DNA from: Emiliania huxleyi CCMP1516
Lineage: Eukaryota
Length of the DNA stretch: 64,000 nt
Direction of reading: 5' to 3'
Assembly: GCF_000372725.1 (NCBI RefSeq)
Contig: NW_005201493.1
Coordinates: 218,475-282,474 of the forward strand
Below, one piece after another: positions 12,323-24,689 of this stretch. The notes under the pieces were generated by a model. That model worked only from the letters and a program-made list of their open reading frames with translations, was not told where the DNA came from and ran no database searches. The position numbers and the translations under genes were made by a program. Each line of letters begins with the position of its first letter. Positions within the stretch are counted from its first letter, which is position 1.

Positions 12323-12925
12323 CCATGAGCCACCGCGCGGCTTGCCGCAACGGTCGCGCCGCGCCGGGTATTGCTACCTCAGTAGGTCCCGCGGCGTTTG
12401 GGTCTTGCTCCAGCGCCCATAGGGTGGCCTTGATTGCGCGCCGCCTCCCGGACGAGGGAGGGCGGCGCGCCCTATTTGCCGCGCGCTGGCTTGTGTACAG
12501 ACGGCGTTATGGCCCCTCTCTTCACGCCGGAAATTTCTAAAAAAGAAAGGTGTTCCACGGCGGGGAAGCGGGGGGCCGGGGCGCCGTCCCCGCCGACTCG
12601 TCGGCCGCTGGGGCTGGGGGGGCGGGCGAGGGGGTGGGGGCTGGGCGTGGGGGAGCGGGACAGGATCTTGGAGTGTTTGGACGCGCGCCAAAACGGTCCG
12701 TAATTCTAATTGGCCATGTGTATCCAACCCCCGCCGCGCTTTTTTCTTAGAGAAGCAAGCGTTGCGAGTCCGAGGAGTTGCTGTACGCTTCCTGTAACGT
12801 ACGCGCTGATGCGCGCGAGACGGAATATTCTGACATGTAGTACGGAGGGCGACGGGCGGAGGACACGAGTAGTGGAGACGCCTGGCCAGCGCTCAACATA
12901 GGTAGACCGTGTCACGCCTCTGCTC

Positions 12926-15900
12926 TCAAAGCATCTTCTCCCCCGAGCTCTGGCTGGGCTCGCCACCCTGCTTCGGAAGAAGCTTGGTGCACCCATAGGC
13001 GAGACCCGCTACCAACAACGTCAGCAGCGCCACGACGCCCACCATGAGGGCCCAAAGCGGGATCGCCGAGGCGGGACCGCTCGCGCTGCAACCGCCCGCA
13101 TCCTGCTCGGTCAAAGCCGCCATCTCGTTCACCAGGTCGGCGAAAAAGGGGGCCCAGGGGCTGAGGAGCTCAAGAGGGATGGGCTCGTCGAGCAGGGTTC
13201 TCTCGAGAAAGTCCATCCCCCTCGCGACCCCCTCGCTGATGTCGAGAGCTTCCACGGTCGCACTCAGCGTGGGCGCGCCGCCACTCACCCGCGCGTGCAC
13301 GCAGGAGACGCCTCCCATCACATCGCCGACACTCAGCATCCACGGCCGCACCGCGCCGCGAGCCGCGAAGCCAGCATCGTCGGCGGGGTAGAGGCGGAGC
13401 GGTGCCGCGACGGATACGTCACGGAGCCGCAAGCGCGCCGACGTCTTGATCGTGGTCTCGGAGCCGAGCTGCGACGTCTTCTTTGGCAGGAGCAGCTCCA
13501 GCGACACGCGTGCGTCCAGGTACTTGAGCGTAAGGTGGGCCGTGTCTCCCCCTCCCTCCACCTCTAGCTTCGTCAGCGGGGCGTGGAGCCGTGTCTCGAG
13601 CGTCACGTCTGACACGCGGATCGACGGGCGGTCTGCATTCGGGAGGAGACGATACAACGCGCTGGCACCCACGGATGACTTCCACGTCGCGCCGTCAAGG
13701 AGGGTGCCTGTCGGCGCCAGCCGGAGCGCCTCATCGCCAAACCTGAGGAATATGGGCTGCAGCGCGGCCAGGTCGGCCATCGACAGACCGAAATTGACCA
13801 CCATGCCAAAGGCGTGGCCGACCCCGAGCCAATTCATCCACGACCCTGATGGAGACGATGCTTCCCCGTCTCCAGCGTCGCGGGCGAGTGTCTCGCTACC
13901 GCACGGCCGCACGCTGGCGCACTCCTCGGCGGTGAGCAGCTGTCGCAACACCGAGCCACTCAACGCGTGCGTCAGCGATGCACTCCCCGCCACGCCGCTG
14001 GCCGGCAAAGCATTGACGTTCGTGAGGACGAACCCGAGCAGTTCGTTGAAGAAGGCAGCCGCGTCCTCTTCCCAGTCACCACCAGCGGCACGCGCATGAA
14101 TGTTGACGTCCCCATCGACGCTAAAGTCCTGCAGCCCGAGCTTGAGCAGCGCGCAGGCGAAGATCGAGGCGCCCTTTTGCATGTGGAGGAGCGAGCTCTG
14201 CGTGCTCGTGGTGAAGTTCTTGCCCACCATGCCAAACTGAATACGCTGCTTGATGGCCTTGGACGGGTCGAGCTCGTAGCCCCGCGCTTGGCTGCCGCCA
14301 AGGCGCGGCCCCTCCGGCTCCGCCGTCGGCAGCCATATGAAGTTTGCGGCCGCTCGCACCTCGAGGAATTCAAAGTCCAGCGTGGCGTTGAGGTCGTAGC
14401 CAAAAATCAAGCTCATGAAGGAGCTATCTGCGACCGTCAGGTTCAGCTCAACTAGCTCGAACTGCGCCAGGCCCGACTCGGTGCGCGGCGCGGCGTCGAC
14501 GACGATGCCGCCTCCGCTGCTGGTGAGCGGACTGCTGCCGAGCATGGCCTCCGCCAGGGCTGCGAGCGCCGGCGTATCGAGCACAAGCTCGGTTGCGCGC
14601 GGCTCGTCGTTTCGGGGCGGCCGTGCCTCGCCCATCCGGTGGAAGACTGAGAGTGGCGAGAACGGCCCGCTGAGCACCGTTTCGGAGACAAGGTTGAATA
14701 GGCGGCAGCCCTCCGAGAAGACACATCCCGCGCCGCCGTCGGCCGACTCGTTGCGTGGCTCCGGCGGGGTAGCCAGCTTCGTGTGCCGTGGGAAATTCTG
14801 CTTGACGATCGCCTCCACGAGACCCGTACGTATCATCGGCGTCACAGCACGCATCAGCTCGTTGGTGAATCCCGTGTTTGAGGACTGCTCCGTGTCAAAC
14901 ACGTGGACCTCGAGCCGCCCGATCGACATGCCCGCCACCGGACAGCGCATGTCGAGGGGCCGGCAGGAGCAGCTCTTCGTCGGCTTGCACGCCGGGTCTG
15001 CAAAGCCCAAGTTCTGGATCAGGTTACCGTCATCGTCGGCCTCGAAGCCAACAAAAATCTCCGCGCCGATCTTGATGTCGCCGAGGTCGATGGTCATGCT
15101 CGAGTCCGACAGGTGGTGCGCGACCAGGCCCGACGCCTCGTCGCCATGGATCACCGCCGTGCAGGTCATCTCCTTGATGTGTATGGCGATGCGCAGCCTC
15201 CGGCCCGAGTCGGGTGACGTTTGACTCAGCAGACTCGAGTCCTTCTCGACAAAGGCCTCGGCGCTGAATGGCGCGCGGCGGATGTAGGAGCACACCAGGT
15301 GCGACGCGACGAGGCTCTTGATCTTGATCGTGCCAGACAGAGGGATCTCCACCTCGACCCAGTTCGAGTTCCCCCACCCGTCGAAATACGCGCTTGGCAA
15401 CGGGAGCGTCTCCTGCCCCCCAAACAGCTCCAGCAGCGGGCCGAGCAGGCACTGTGGCCGAGCGCCCCACCACGGAGGGCCGATGACCCAGCATCCGTCG
15501 GGCGGCCCGTTATGGTTTGCACTGCTCTTCTTGTTGGAGGGCGGGTGCCACGTCGCGTCGCAGCTGGCGGTGCCTGGTGGCGTGCGTGGCGGCCGCGGCG
15601 GTAGAGGAGGAGGCCTGGGCGATATTGGTGGGCGCGGTGGCGGTTTGGGCGGTGGCGGTGACGGTCCGCGCTCGAAGGAGAGCCGCACGTCGAGATAGCG
15701 CGAGTCTCCGCCTGACAGGCGGGCAGTATAGGGGCCGCTGCCTGTGGCGGCAAGCAAAGGCACGGAGGCAGAACAGCAGAGCGAGTCGTGGAGCCCCAAG
15801 TTGTCGACGTCGAACAGCTCAAACGTGACTTGGGTGTCCTCCCACACCACGACGTCCGGAAACGTGGCGCAGCAGTGACTCCAGTACGCGGTGGGCGGCC

Positions 15901-16192
15901 CATCACGCAAGTCGTTCATCATCGACCCCAGAATCGAGGAGCTACAGCGGTGTGCTCGCTCGCAGTATCGCCCGTCGCAATCGTATCCGAACTTCAATTC
16001 GACGGCCCAATCGGGGGCGGTGCCCCAGTCCATGTTGGGCAGCCCGAGGCCGTGGACGTCGAGCACGCAGATCTGCAGGTCGTCGAGAGAGATCAAATCG
16101 GGGAAGACCGGAGGCAGGCCGCGTGCACGCGGCCCTGCGTCACTCACCGTCAGATTTGCGACCGGGTCGGACCAAACGGGGAGAGCGCTCAT
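12926..16192 (-). CDS. Large uncharacterised membrane protein: C2-like N-terminus, Pro-rich linker, C-terminal TM helix
   Basis: Uninterrupted ORF of ~1090 aa. LPNMD..APD and VTFELFDVDNLGLHD are C2-like; hydrophobic LWALMVGVVALLTLLVAGLAY near the end. Confidence 0.75.
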   Translation of the reverse strand: MSALPVWSDPVANLTVSDAGPRARGLPPVFPDLISLDDLQICVLDVHGLGLPNMDWGTAPDWAVELKFGYDCDGRYCERAHRCSSSILGSMMNDLRDGPPTAYWSHCCATFPDVVVWEDTQVTFELFDVDNLGLHDSLCCSASVPLLAATGSGPYTARLSGGDSRYLDVRLSFERGPSPPPPKPPPRPPISPRPPPLPPRPPRTPPGTASCDATWHPPSNKKSSANHNGPPDGCWVIGPPWWGARPQCLLGPLLELFGGQETLPLPSAYFDGWGNSNWVEVEIPLSGTIKIKSLVASHLVCSYIRRAPFSAEAFVEKDSSLLSQTSPDSGRRLRIAIHIKEMTCTAVIHGDEASGLVAHHLSDSSMTIDLGDIKIGAEIFVGFEADDDGNLIQNLGFADPACKPTKSCSCRPLDMRCPVAGMSIGRLEVHVFDTEQSSNTGFTNELMRAVTPMIRTGLVEAIVKQNFPRHTKLATPPEPRNESADGGAGCVFSEGCRLFNLVSETVLSGPFSPLSVFHRMGEARPPRNDEPRATELVLDTPALAALAEAMLGSSPLTSSGGGIVVDAAPRTESGLAQFELVELNLTVADSSFMSLIFGYDLNATLDFEFLEVRAAANFIWLPTAEPEGPRLGGSQARGYELDPSKAIKQRIQFGMVGKNFTTSTQSSLLHMQKGASIFACALLKLGLQDFSVDGDVNIHARAAGGDWEEDAAAFFNELLGFVLTNVNALPASGVAGSASLTHALSGSVLRQLLTAEECASVRPCGSETLARDAGDGEASSPSGSWMNWLGVGHAFGMVVNFGLSMADLAALQPIFLRFGDEALRLAPTGTLLDGATWKSSVGASALYRLLPNADRPSIRVSDVTLETRLHAPLTKLEVEGGGDTAHLTLKYLDARVSLELLLPKKTSQLGSETTIKTSARLRLRDVSVAAPLRLYPADDAGFAARGAVRPWMLSVGDVMGGVSCVHARVSGGAPTLSATVEALDISEGVARGMDFLERTLLDEPIPLELLSPWAPFFADLVNEMAALTEQDAGGCSASGPASAIPLWALMVGVVALLTLLVAGLAYGCTKLLPKQGGEPSQSSGEKML

Positions 16193-16500
16193 GCGGGGCG
16201 ACGACAGAGGACGCACGTCTCGCGCCGATAAATTTTGGGGTACAAAAAAGATCCTCGCCGCCGTGCCTGTGGAGAAAAATGACTTCTCTCGCTCTCAAAC
16301 TAAAAGAGTCGCAGTTCCCTTGCTCCAAGCGCTTGCGTTTCGGCGGTAGTGATCTGATCACCCGAATGCCACGTTCGGATGCAGTTCACCCTGGGGTATG
16401 TTCTCGAATGTTCGTAAAGATCCACAGCCTTGTTGAGAGGAAAATACGGCCCCATACACACATGAAGAGAGACTCTGGCGTTACGGTTGATAAGGGATCG

Positions 16501-17298
16501 ATGGCAACGCCAGCTCGCTCCGTCGCTGCAGCGGAAGCGGCTGCCGCGGCGCCGGAAGCGGCTGCCGCTCCGGAGTCGTCGGCGGCGACAACTGCGCTCG
16601 TCCCCGCCACCGACGCAACCGCGGTGTTTCCGGCATGGCTTGAGCGAGCAGAGACGGCGATGCAAGCAGCAGCTGCGGCGGAGAGGGCGCAACGCGAGGC
16701 GATAGTGAATGCGCAATGCAAGGCAGACGAAGCCATAGCAGCGGCGCTGGCGGAATGCAAAAAGAGTGAGCAGGCCGCGGAGCAGCGGGCTGCTAGAGCT
16801 GACGCCAATGCTGCGAATGCGAGGGCTGAGAGCCGGGCAGACGAAACGATTGCAGCGGCGGCCGCCAAGGTGGAGGAGTGCGAACGAGAGGTGGCCGCGG
16901 CAGCCAATGCGCTCGAGAAGAACACCGGCGAAACTACGGGTGAAGCCGCGACGCCACCAGAGGCGGAGAAGAAGGGCGGGGGCGAGCCGCAACAGCAACT
17001 CACCCAGCAGCGAGAGCAGGCGGACCGGGAGGTGGAGGCAGCGTACGCAGACGTGCCACGCGTGCGGAATGCGGCCAAAGAGCTCTTTCACGCCAAGGTG
17101 CGCAAGGCGCGCGCCGAGGCCGAGCACACTGTCGCGCTTGCCGCCAAGGAGACGAGGGCGAAAGTGGCGGCCATGCGGCACGCGATGGCGGAGGCGCAGG
17201 CAGAGATGCTCGTCTTGGAAGAGGACGAGAGCAGAGGCGGCGGGCCGGGCACGGGCCGCTTCACGCGAGCGTCCAACATGACGCTGGCCACTCTATAA
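16501..17298 (+). CDS. Ala/Glu-rich coiled-coil protein
   Basis: 265-aa ORF from ATG with helical A/E/K composition. Confidence 0.6.
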   Translation: MATPARSVAAAEAAAAAPEAAAAPESSAATTALVPATDATAVFPAWLERAETAMQAAAAAERAQREAIVNAQCKADEAIAAALAECKKSEQAAEQRAARADANAANARAESRADETIAAAAAKVEECEREVAAAANALEKNTGETTGEAATPPEAEKKGGGEPQQQLTQQREQADREVEAAYADVPRVRNAAKELFHAKVRKARAEAEHTVALAAKETRAKVAAMRHAMAEAQAEMLVLEEDESRGGGPGTGRFTRASNMTLATL

Positions 17299-17700
17299 CT
17301 ACAGCGTTGGTTTGTGTGGTGAGCTGGTGTCGTGGCGACGGCGAGCCGCTGTCTCTCGTGTCTCTATCACACGTGCAGCGTCTTGGACTTGGTCTTGTTG
17401 ACACTGTGTCTGGGTCGGGCGCGGCCGAGGGTCCCACCTTCCACCTGTCCCCGCACATAGCTGGTGCAAAGGCGGGGCGCTGCGCCGTTGCCAAAGAGCG
17501 ATCACGCAGACCGTCTATAATAATATACCCAAAACAGCATTTGCTGCTTGCTGGCCACACCCGACCGACACACGTTACTTTCGTTACTCTCACCAAACGA
17601 ATAGAAACAGCCAAAGAGCCAAACTCAAAAGCCTGCTCGAACGCTCGAACCGCGCGGGCCAAAGTACCACAAATCTCTGCACGCGAAGCGCACAGCCTCT

Positions 17701-18701
17701 TCAGCCCAGCAGCTCTTCCAGGTTGGCCGGCCTCGAGTAGTCGCAGTTCTCGCCGGAAAGGCTGGAGAGGAGGGCCGCCATGTCGCCGGAGAAGGCGGCG
17801 CCCTCGCCAGGCGGGCTGCTCACGACGTCAAAGGAGCGGCCTCGCGCCTCGGGCGTGTCGAGCGCGAGCACGCAGAGCGCGGCCACGTCCTCGCGAGGGA
17901 TGACGCGCCCGGCGGCGTCGCGCTCCATCAGCGCATCGTCCACCCCCACGACCAGCGCTCTCTGTCCGCCTGCTCACACTCGAGGGAGGCGGGTGTGAAG
18001 AGGCGCTGAGCTCGCCGCCGCCGCGCGAGCTCGCACGTCGGCGCCTGGGGCGGGCTCCTTCTGGCCATAGTGCGGGAGCAGGCCGCCGGGGTGGATGACC
18101 GTGTACTCCAAGCCGGAGGCGATGAGCTCCATTTCGGCGCGCCGCTTCCAAAGCACGATCTTGTCCATCGACACGTTCAGAAAGTGCTCCGGCAGCGTGC
18201 CTGCCATTGATGTTCACATTGATGTTCACTACCGGTATAGCACTGCCATTTGAGAACATCAATAGTGCCTGCCATCGAGGAGAGCAGCACCACGTGCGAC
18301 ACGCCCGCCGCCTTGGCCGCGGCGATCTGCACTCGCGTTCCCTCGTAGTCGACATCGCGCGGCGCCGCCCCCGCGGGGAAGGAGAAGCGGGGCTTGGCGT
18401 CCTTGTTGCCCATCATCTTGCCAAAGATGACGCCCGGAAGCGACCAAAAGTCCAGCTTTGGCTTTGCGCTCGTGCAGATGATGAGCGCATCGGCCCCACC
18501 GAGGGCAGTCTCCAGGCTCGCCCTTGCGCCCGGCCCAGTCACGTCCGTGAGGGCAACGTCCAGATTCGCGTAGCTGGCGCACAGCTCGTCCGCCTTGTCC
18601 TGCGACCGGACGACAGCCAGCGGCGTGTGCCCGCGCTCCTGCAGCTTACGCACGACAAGCGAGCCCGTCAAGCCCGAGGCGCCAGTGACCGCCACCTTCA
18701 T
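17701..18701 (-). CDS. NAD(P)-binding Rossmann-fold protein (atypical SDR, NmrA-like)
   Basis: VAVTGASGLTG, VDYEG..QI.AAK.AGV.HVVL.SSM.GT, WKR.AE..LI.SGL.YT.I.PGGL, IPREDVA. Two introns. Confidence 0.9.
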
Positions 18702-18769
18702 AAGGCAAAGCGAATGCTGGCTGCGAGGCGCCCAACGATGGTCGGCAAGACGAGGGCACCGCTGGTTCC

Positions 18770-18830
18770 TCTCGAGGTTCTCGAGGTGGATATTCTTTCG
18801 CCGCGTTGGGTAGCGAGGATTGGTGTGACG
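18770..18830 (+). repeat. Repeat family E piece (copy ~30404-30460); 30640-30692 also matches 8224-8277 inverted
   Basis: CTCTCGAGGTTCTCGAGGTGGATAT...GGTAGCGAGGATTGGTGT at both sites. Confidence 0.8.
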
Positions 18831-19571
18831 CGATCCACGCGCTGGGTTCCGGCTCCTACCCGGAGAGGGGGTCTGTCAACACTGACTCGCGCCAACGAGG
18901 GCGGCGCAGCGTAGGCCTCGAGCAACACGAACGAGTCGCCGACAACCCTTAGGGGCCTAGAGAACACAACCCCCTCTCCCTTTTCTCCCAGTAAGCTAAA
19001 GGTACGTACACACAACATTTTACCTCCCCCGGATGCGGCGAGGCTGGTGCCTTTAACGTTAGGCGCACACACAGCTCGCCAAGATACGATCTTGAGAAAC
19101 ACCGCCGCTGCCCCGGTGGGTCGCCAGTGAGTGGGTGTTTTTGCCACTGAGTTCTGGCGCCGTGGACTTACGCCTGTGAAGGGCTAGAGTCGCGGGTTAG
19201 AGAGAGTCCATTCGTTTTCCGTCGCGCCGCCAGCTCGTATTGCGCTGCATTACCGCTTACCTTACCAGTAGTCCGGGAATCCTCGCTGCCACGGTGGGTC
19301 GCCAGTGGGTGTTTTTGCCACTGAGTTCTGGCGCCGTGGACTTAGGCCTGTGAAGGGCTCTCGTATCGTCTTACCTTTTCCAGTAGCCTGGGGCCGCGCA
19401 CTCGTTTTCCCTGCGCGTATGCCGGACTCGCACCGATTGTTGATTCGCTATTGACTTCGGCCCCAGGGTCGTTCGCTATCGTCTTAATACACATCTTCCC
19501 AGTCCGCATCATATTTCCCGCGGTCGTCGTCGGGCAGTAGTAGGCTCGACAGGTGCTCCGAGATTAGTCGT

Positions 19572-22500
19572 CTAGTTACTGCAGTAGTTTGTGCCCCAGG
19601 AAAACGAGAACGCGTACTCTCCTGCACGACAGCACTGGTAGTCCTCTCCGTCGTAACTCCAGTAACATGTGCGCGATTCGCAATCAATGTGTTCTTCGCA
19701 ATGGCGGGACAAGTCGGGGAGACCGTCTGGATACACGATTGCCTGCTTGATCCGTACCATTGTCGTAAACAAAAGATGGTAGCCGTTCCCGACGAAGGAA
19801 TTGATTGCCGCAGCGGCGGCGCACAGCGCCATCGAAGCAAATTGACCCAAGGAGCCGATCACAGGGACAAAGCTAAGAGCCGTGCCGATCTCGTTCCTGT
19901 ACTCGCACAAGTTGGACACTCTCGGCGTGAAATCGGTATCAGTCTCATACTTGAACGGGTTGGGGGTATTTGCCCACCACGCGCCTTTCCATTTGAGGTT
20001 GATCACGCGCGTGCCCACGTGCTCGTATCCCATGGATGTAGAAGGAACCGACGGAACCAAGTCGCCCTCGCTTACCCAGCGAGTCGAGTCAATCGCGAGA
20101 CCCTTCACGAAATCAGCCCCCTTGACGTCGTTTCTGTTGCGGATTGCCCAGCTCGCTGTTCCGGGAAAGAGTCCACTCAGCCGCACGGCCGTCCGCGCGA
20201 AAGTAAGCACGGAGTTGGCATTGCTCACTCCGAGGTCGAGAAGTGCTGGGCACTCCGCTTCACCTGTCAGGCACGCCAGCGGCTCCAGAACAGGCTTGAG
20301 CTCCTCTCCCAGCGCGGCAACACCCTCAATACCGCCTTCAAGGATGGCGGCTTGCATTGCATCAAATTTTGATCCGGCCGCAAACGTGGTGTCAAGCAGG
20401 GCGTCGGTAAAGTCGTGGCCCACCCCCTTCAAAGTAGCCTTCAGCGCTTCCTTCACAGACATGATGTCGCCTCCATCCTCCATAGCCCTCATAGCGGCCT
20501 TCACTCCGGCGGCCTTGAGAGCTGCAATTGCCTTTTCATCGATCTCGGGGAACTCGTCATCAAACAGCTCGGCCCCTTCCTTCCAGACTCTCGGAGATGA
20601 AAAGGTGTGCAGCTTCACCTCACAACCGTGCAGCTTCAGGTCCACCGCACCAATGTTTGCCAGCGCGCCGCCGAGGCTGTGGCCGGTCACAATTATCGTC
20701 GAGTCGCCTGCCTCTCTGCAGAACTCCTCTGCGCTCCAGCCAGCAGCACGGAGCTCCTCGTATTGCCAAACCCACCCCATGCCTGCAGCGTACTTGCAGT
20801 TGGTCGAGTCTCCATCTCCTGCAGTGCACATGCAATTCTCTGCAGCGCATGTTTCATGGCCCGGACCAAGCTCCACGTATTTTGAAACGGCAGCCGCCAA
20901 ATCCTCCACGCCGTCTTTAACGCCTCCGGTGCCGGAGAAGGATACCACGTACTCGTCGTTGCCTCGCTTCGCAACGAACATGAATGCTCCGGAGTCTGTG
21001 TCCGACTCGGAAGTGTATTCCACCACAGAGGAACCCAAGTCGAGGGCGTCATCCTGGATGACGTTGCATCTGGGCCCCGAGCCGAAGAGTGTCTCCTCGA
21101 TCCCCTGAAGCGGCGGCTTAAATGTGCGCACGCATGTCAGGGTTGGCATGTCAGGGTCTCCGCAAGTGCCACATGTGACGGGGCAGCACTTCATGTCCTC
21201 CGCCCATGAGCTGCAGTACTGTGAGCTGCTGGCGCACTGGTATCCGGCGCCCCACGCTGGCTTGGACTGCAGGCAGCTGTCGTTGTCGGTGCACTCGGCC
21301 GCGGGCGTTGTCCAACTCGCGCCGTATTCGTATTCGTATGCGAGGGCCGCTAGCTTTGCGAGGTTAAGTCCTCGCTGGAGGTTCTCGGCTGAGATTGTGT
21401 CTGTCCATTTCGCGGTGTTGGCGTACTGGACGGAGTTCGTCGTCGTCTCGGCCTCGTTGTTCCCGCGGGCGGCCCTCCACTCGTCATAGGGAATGCTCAT
21501 CGCGGCAGCTGCAGTCTGCATCGCGGTCAGACCCAAGCGGAAAACATCTTCACCCATTTGCCATGTATTTTGCCCGTCAACGTAGAAACCGCAGTGCAGC
21601 TTCGCATCGTCGGGAAACATGGACGCGTACCCGGAGGATAAGACCGTGACATGCCCGACCGGCATATTCGGAAACTTGCTCGGGTCCTCCAACGCCATCC
21701 TGAAGGCGGTGTGCTGCGCGTCTGACCTTGACATGCCTCGTGTCGACATGAGCAGCTCCGTGCGTTTGTTGACTTTGCGCATATCGGCCGTTGTGAGTTT
21801 GTCCGTGCGTCTCTCGGCCCGCGCGCCGTGCATGCTCAGAGTGTGGTTGAGCCCCGAAAACAGGCGCAGATGGTAGTCTTCCTCGTTCATGTACTCAGGC
21901 CAGTGGACGTCGCACACCTTACCGGGGCATCGCTGCTCGAACTCTTCCGACGGCTTGGCCGGGCAGGCGCGGCGCCCCGCGACTGCATCGGAGGTCTTGC
22001 GGTCGCTGCCGAGTTCTTTGGTTGTGAAGAGAAGTGCGCGTGCGCAGCGCTGCCCCATGGAGTAGGTTGCCATGCCGATGAAGCCGTAAAGCCGCGCGTT
22101 GTGGTACGTGTCGGATGAGTACGAAAATATGGGGAAGTCGGGACGCTCATCCAGGCAGGCGTTGAGAGCGTTATCGATGCGTTCGTATTCAGCAGAGCCC
22201 TCAAGGTAGGGGAGGTAAAACAAGAGGGCGCCACCCTTGCGCTGCTGGCAGGCCTCGTGAATACTTGCCTCATATCGATCGACATCCATCCCGTTCGTTT
22301 CTGCAATGCCCAATGACAAGAATTTGAGCTGAATGCCCGGCGTCGATTTGACGCCGGCCGCGAGGCCAGCCTCGAATGCAACATACCACGGGGAGGCCTG
22401 GGCGTCTCGCACCTCTGGAATCAGTTCAGTGATCACGTAGACCACCTCGCTGCTGCCGCCGTCTGGCGACGGCAGCAGGTCGGCCACCACGGGGTCGGGC

Positions 22501-23298
22501 GCAGGGTTGAAAGGAGCAAAGAGGGCGCCGCGCGCAGTCTCAGTCTCGGTCGGGAGCGCCGTCGGGTTGAAATCCTTCTCCGGCGTGATATTGGAGAAGT
22601 CGACGACCTGCGCGGGGTAAGCGGGGATGTCAAGCACCATGTGACCCTATTCCGTCTCAGCCTCGGGAGGCTATGGCGCTCACCGGGATCGCGGCCGCGT
22701 CGGGCACGAGCACCGACTCGAGGAGCTCGGAGGAGACGCCGCCAGAGCCGTACGAAGAGAGTGCAAAGGCCGAGCAGCACAGACCGATCGCCAGGGTGAG
22801 GAAGACGCACAGCAGCTTTGTCGAGCAGAACTTGCCAAAGCGGAAGCCGTAGCGCGTCGAGGTCGGCTCGGTCTTCTCCCCGGCGCCGCCCTGACAGGCG
22901 GACGAGCGTTTGTCACGAGCAGGCAAGGTGCGCTGAACGGGCAAGGCAGTACGCGCCGAAGGCGTCGACGACGTCGGCGGGGCGTCGTTGACAGACGCCT
23001 TGCCGGAGCCGACGCCAGCGAGGTCTTCCTCGTCGTCGAACGCGTTGCCGGAGCCGACGCCAGCGAGGTCTTCCTCGTCGACGTCCGTTCCGAGCAGGGC
23101 CGCGAACCCGTTGGGGTCGACGCGGCCGATCGGGGTGGGGTTCTTGGTGGTCTTCTTGGAGGTGTCGATCAGGTTGGGCTCGCCCTTGCGCTCGATCTTG
23201 CGGAGCGGGGAGGGGGTCTTCCACCCGTCGATGACCTGCGCGCGCGTGCCGTGCGGCAGACGAGAGGTCACAGGATCAATGTAAGTGCCCGCCTGCAT
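19572..23298 (-). CDS. Membrane-anchored class 3 lipase fusion with a periplasmic-binding-protein-like domain and a Cys-rich (ShK-like) module
   Basis: VVSFSGT, VTGHSLGGALA, TFSSPRV, R....DLVPSVP and YEHVG are lipase 3 motifs. The upstream ORF with a TM helix joins in frame through a putative intron at 22683-22647. Confidence 0.8.
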
Positions 23299-23479
23299 GA
23301 CTCGCGTGTCCCCACAATACCCGCGTGTGCTTCTGCTGGGAGGTGCTCACCGCCGGGGCGGCCGTCTCCCCTGGAAACTCCTTGGACGAGACGTTCCAGT
23401 CGGCGTCGACCTACGCGTCGAACGCGGGATGGGGTCACAGAGTGGGCTGGCAGACGCCGGCGCGCACAATGCCAGGCGC

Positions 23480-24380
23480 TCGCCGCCGGGGCGGCGGGCT
23501 TCTCCTCCGGAAACTCCTTGATCGACGGCAGCGTCTCGCCGCAAACCGCCGCCGGAAACTCCTTGAGGGCCGTGGCGACCTTGGTGGCCGGCTTGAGCGC
23601 CGGGTCGTTCTTGATGGCGCCGGTCTCGTCAACGGAGGCCTCCGCGCCAGACTCTGCCGCAGGGATGTCCTTCTTGAGGGCGCCTTTGACGGCGCCGGTG
23701 GGGGCCGTCGGTGGGCCGGTCGGGGGCGTAAACTTGGACCAGAAAACGGCGGTCGGGCGCGGCGCGTGGGTGGCGAACATGGCCTTGGCCTTGTCCGAGT
23801 CGACCGCGCCCGCGTCGGGCGCCTTTTCCGCGGCCGGGTCCTTCTTGAGGACGTCCTCCGTGCCAGACGCCGCCACGGAGATGTCCTTGACGTCGTTCTC
23901 GACGCCGCAAGCCTGTGGGCGAAAGAGAGTAGTACAGGCTTTCGGAGACGGGAGAGGGATGATCACGATCCTGGCGTGCGCACGCGCACCTTGGCTCCGA
24001 GGAGCGAAGTGGCCTTGGCCTTGGCCGAGTCGACCGTGCCCGCGTCGGGCGCCTCCGCCGAAGGGTCTTTCTTGATGATGCTCTCTTCGGAGGCCTCCGC
24101 GCCAGAATTTGCGGGGACGTCCTTCACGAGGGCGTTCTTGGCGCCGCGCGCCTGTGGGCCAGGGACGATAGAGCGGCGTTGGGACGGGAAGATCGCGCTG
24201 TTAGGATGAACACGCGCATAGACAGGCACCTCGGTTCCGAGGAGCGAAGGGGATTCCGACGCAAACGAGAGGACGATTGTGACTCGGCCGCCGTCGCCAG
24301 CCGGCGCGAAGCCGACCTTCGCTTTGTAGTCGATGTTGTCCATGATCGAGTTGTCCTGCGCAAGTCGCATCATCATGAAA
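23480..24380 (-). CDS. Low-complexity exons with a duplicated K/D/A-rich unit; possibly the 5' part of the lipase gene
   Basis: Two similar units (KKDP.AE.APDAG.VDS.KAKA), each preceded by CCCACAG acceptor-like sequence. Confidence 0.4.
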
Positions 24381-24689
24381 GTTGAGACGGGCGCTTGCAT
24401 TGGATGTGCACAAACAGCTATATTCGCTTTGTGGTGGGGGTCTGAACTGACACTACAGCTCTGTTGTGGACGGGATAGATAAGCCTCTGGGCCGGCACGT
24501 GGGNNNNNNNNNNNNNNNNNNNNNNNNNNNNNNNNNNNNNNNNNNNNNNNNNNNNNNNNNNNNNNNNNNNNNNNNNNNNNNNNNNNNNNNNNNNNNNNNN
24601 NNNCCGAGCGGGGCGAATCACCGTGAAGAACTCGGGCGCCGACGACCCAACCGCCATGACGGGTGCGCCGGCGACCTCCTCGGGCACCT

